64,000 nucleotides of DNA from Candidatus Marsarchaeota archaeon (GTDB lineage Archaea; Micrarchaeota; Micrarchaeia; Micrarchaeales; CABMGC01): positions 2,297 to 66,296 of the forward strand of contig JAMCYP010000014.1 of assembly GCA_023476545.1 (NCBI GenBank), in the 5' to 3' direction. This document shows positions 62,246 through 64,000 of the stretch, piece by piece. Numbering within the stretch: the stretch's first letter is position 1; each line of letters starts with the position of its first letter. Under the pieces are notes generated by a model. The model saw only the letters and a list, made by a program, of their open reading frames with translations, searched no databases and was not told the DNA's origin. A program made the position numbers and the translations under genes.

Positions 62246-62815
62246 TCATTGTGCTGTTGCTTCTCCTATCCTGTTCTTAATAATAAAGTCTGCGTCCTCG
62301 TTATCCATTACCTCTATTATCTCCCCCTGCTTGAAGGGGCCTATCTTTTTGCCTTTGGAGGTGAGCACCTCTGGCACGTCTGAAGTTATGCGCATTCTGG
62401 ACACCTTGATTCCTCCGTCGGTCTTGTTCATAACAGCGAATATTTTGTTGTAGAGGACTTCATCCTCTGCAGGAACCGGGGCTGGAAGGGGTTTGTTGTA
62501 TGCTATGTACAGCAGTATCTTCTGTTTCCTCCTGTTTTTTAATGTTGCGAGTATCTTTTCGGTATTGTCCAACGCGCGCGTTCCATCAGGCGTTTGGTCC
62601 TTCTTAAGTGAAGATAAAAACACCTGTGCTTGTGCGTAAAAGTCGTGCTGCAACGGCATAAGCTCTCCTGCAGACTTCTCCTGTTGGAGTGCAGAAAACA
62701 ACCCTTCTGTAGTAATACTTAACGCCAAAACGCCACCGATCCCGGTATACTTCCAGTAATTAATCTCTGATTTTTTATTAATACCTACCGTTCTGTTGTA
62801 TCTATTTAGATACAT
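62246..62815 (-). CDS. GINS subunit (Gins51/Gins15-type); start uncertain
   Basis: ELMPLQHDFYAQAQVFL...LKNRRKQKILLYIAYN...EDEVLYNKIF matches the GINS A-domain pattern, plus a small C-terminal B domain. Confidence 0.65.
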   Translation of the reverse strand: MYLNRYNRTVGINKKSEINYWKYTGIGGVLALSITTEGLFSALQQEKSAGELMPLQHDFYAQAQVFLSSLKKDQTPDGTRALDNTEKILATLKNRRKQKILLYIAYNKPLPAPVPAEDEVLYNKIFAVMNKTDGGIKVSRMRITSDVPEVLTSKGKKIGPFKQGEIIEVMDNEDADFIIKNRIGEATAQ

Positions 62816-62856
62816 ATAGTTATACTAAACGTCGCGATTAGTGGAACTGAACCGTC

Positions 62857-62931
62857 TAGCGAGGGGAGGATTTGGACCTCCGGTCTTCGGGTTATGAGCC
62901 CGACGGGTACTCCAGGCTACCCTACCTCGCT
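62857..62931 (-). tRNA. initiator tRNA-Met (anticodon CAU)
   Basis: Hand fold: acceptor AGCGAGG/CCTCGCT (A1-U72), anticodon stem TCGGG/CCCGA with three G-C pairs next to loop CTCATAA, T arm GGAGG-TCCAAAT-CCTCC (C at position 55). Confidence 0.88.
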
Positions 62932-62976
62932 ATGCTAAGGAATGGCAGTCAATGTATAAAAAGGTTAGATGCCGCG

Positions 62977-63723
62977 TCAGACCGAGGCGCTTACTGCGCC
63001 CGCGCTTTGTGCGGCCTCCTCATCAAACAGCGCCCTCGCCTCCTCCTTGCTGAGCTGCTTAAGCGCCTTTCCGCAGCCGTCGCACTTGAACGTCGCCTCA
63101 TACGCCGCGTCGAAAGGCAGTATCACCTTCGCCTCCTCGTAGCATCTGCCGCAGTAGAAGAAATCGTTGCAGTTCTCAGGCAGTTTGTAGCCGTTGTCGG
63201 CCTTTGCAGTTATCGCGCTCTCATGAAGCTCCGTGAGCTTCTCTCCGTCAAGATACCACTTGAAAGTCAGCCAGCCCTTGCTGTCCTTGTTGGTGTCGTA
63301 CCTGGCAACGCCATAACTGTCAAGCACGTTGAGTATGCGCCTTACCTCATTTATCTTCACACCGAGCTCGGCCGCTATCTTATCGTCAGTCTGGGGGGAA
63401 TTGAGTAGTTTTATTACGTTTATGGCCTTCTTTCCCACGTTCTTTGATATAAAATCAGAAAACTTTACGTTATCAAGCAGCCCCTCTACCCTGAGCTTCT
63501 CAGTCTCTGCGGCGATCGTCGCCTGCTTGGCCTGCTCCCTCAACACCTTCTTCTGCTCCTTCAGTCGCAGTGCCCTCCTCGCCTCAAGCCTGTCCTGCCT
63601 CTCCTTCAGGCTCATCACATGCCTTTTAGCGCCTGCCGGCTTGCTGTTTGGCGTCTTTCCTCTTGAAGCCCTAGGATTAGCCTTGTTAAACTTTGACATC
63701 TTCGCACGGGGATTCTTACTCAT
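62977..63723 (-). CDS. tfe: transcription factor E (TFE alpha) with a ~80-aa basic N-terminal extension
   Basis: wHTH (DDKIAAELGVKINEVRRILNVLDSYGVARY) plus Zn ribbon (FYCGRC...FKCDGCG). The N-terminus is K/R/A-rich: MSKNPRAKMSKFNKANPRASRGKTPNSKPAGAKR... Confidence 0.8.
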   Translation of the reverse strand: MSKNPRAKMSKFNKANPRASRGKTPNSKPAGAKRHVMSLKERQDRLEARRALRLKEQKKVLREQAKQATIAAETEKLRVEGLLDNVKFSDFISKNVGKKAINVIKLLNSPQTDDKIAAELGVKINEVRRILNVLDSYGVARYDTNKDSKGWLTFKWYLDGEKLTELHESAITAKADNGYKLPENCNDFFYCGRCYEEAKVILPFDAAYEATFKCDGCGKALKQLSKEEARALFDEEAAQSAGAVSASV

Positions 63724-64000
63724 ATATTGGACACCACACGAATAAATACACGACGCGTGTTATTCGCACATAACACTATGCCGTCTCTTATATTTAAACG
63801 GTAGCTTATTTAGCAAAACAAACGCAAAACATTGTTATCTTGCTAACACGCTCCATCTTCCAGTCGCCAATACCTATTATGTCTCTTCTGGTATTTAAAC
63901 AATTCTGAAGAGCGCCATCAAAGGAACGCGTTTAAACATACCAACCCCAGCAGTATAATTCGGTGTTCGAATGGATAACAAAAGCTGATACCTGTACCCG

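Overview
Densely packed archaeal chromosome segment, about 85 genes, many with 1-4 nt overlaps and TATA boxes 20-35 nt upstream of start codons. Core content: the rpoH-B''-B'-A'-A'' RNA polymerase operon with a split B subunit, and the uL3-uL4-uL23-uL2-uS19-uL22-uS3-uL29-SUI1 ribosomal protein block. Also present are eL15, eL42/L44e, aIF2-alpha, TFE, SRP54, KEOPS parts (Kae1, Bud32, Pcc1) and replication/repair genes (PCNA, PriS, PriL, GINS, RadA). A dTTP pathway group is present (two Tmk paralogs, dCMP deaminase, ThyX). There is an 11-subunit complex-I-like set (nuoABCDHIJKLN in one block, nuoM displaced) with no NuoEFG-like genes in the window. Six tRNA genes were found by hand folding: Ile-UAU, intron-containing Tyr-GUA, Asp-GUC, Glu-UUC, Gly-CCC and initiator Met-CAU. 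I saw no rRNA, CRISPR array, transposase or integrase. A three-unit tRNA splicing endonuclease and a genomically encoded tRNA-Ile(UAU) suggest a DPANN/Micrarchaeota (ARMAN-like) lineage; this is inference only. The items most worth a second look: (1) a 927-aa tandem-AAA Cdc48-like ATPase whose N-domain is a ~300-aa polytopic membrane domain; (2) a PriL homolog lacking the Fe-S cysteine ligands, followed 4 nt later by an untracked 51-aa, 7-Cys ORF; (3) an untracked 47-aa Cys-rich ORF packed between nuoA and nuoB; (4) a phage-type DUF5664 NTP-pyrophosphohydrolase plus SAM-methyltransferase plus HTH operon beside tRNA-Glu and the dTTP genes; (5) divergent Tmk paralogs, one with Walker-A Lys changed to Ile and one with no canonical start for its first strand; (6) a UvrD-like helicase fused to a PD-(D/E)XK nuclease; (7) two tRNAs with C at T-loop position 55. 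All calls come from reading the sequence and the ORF track; no database search was run.
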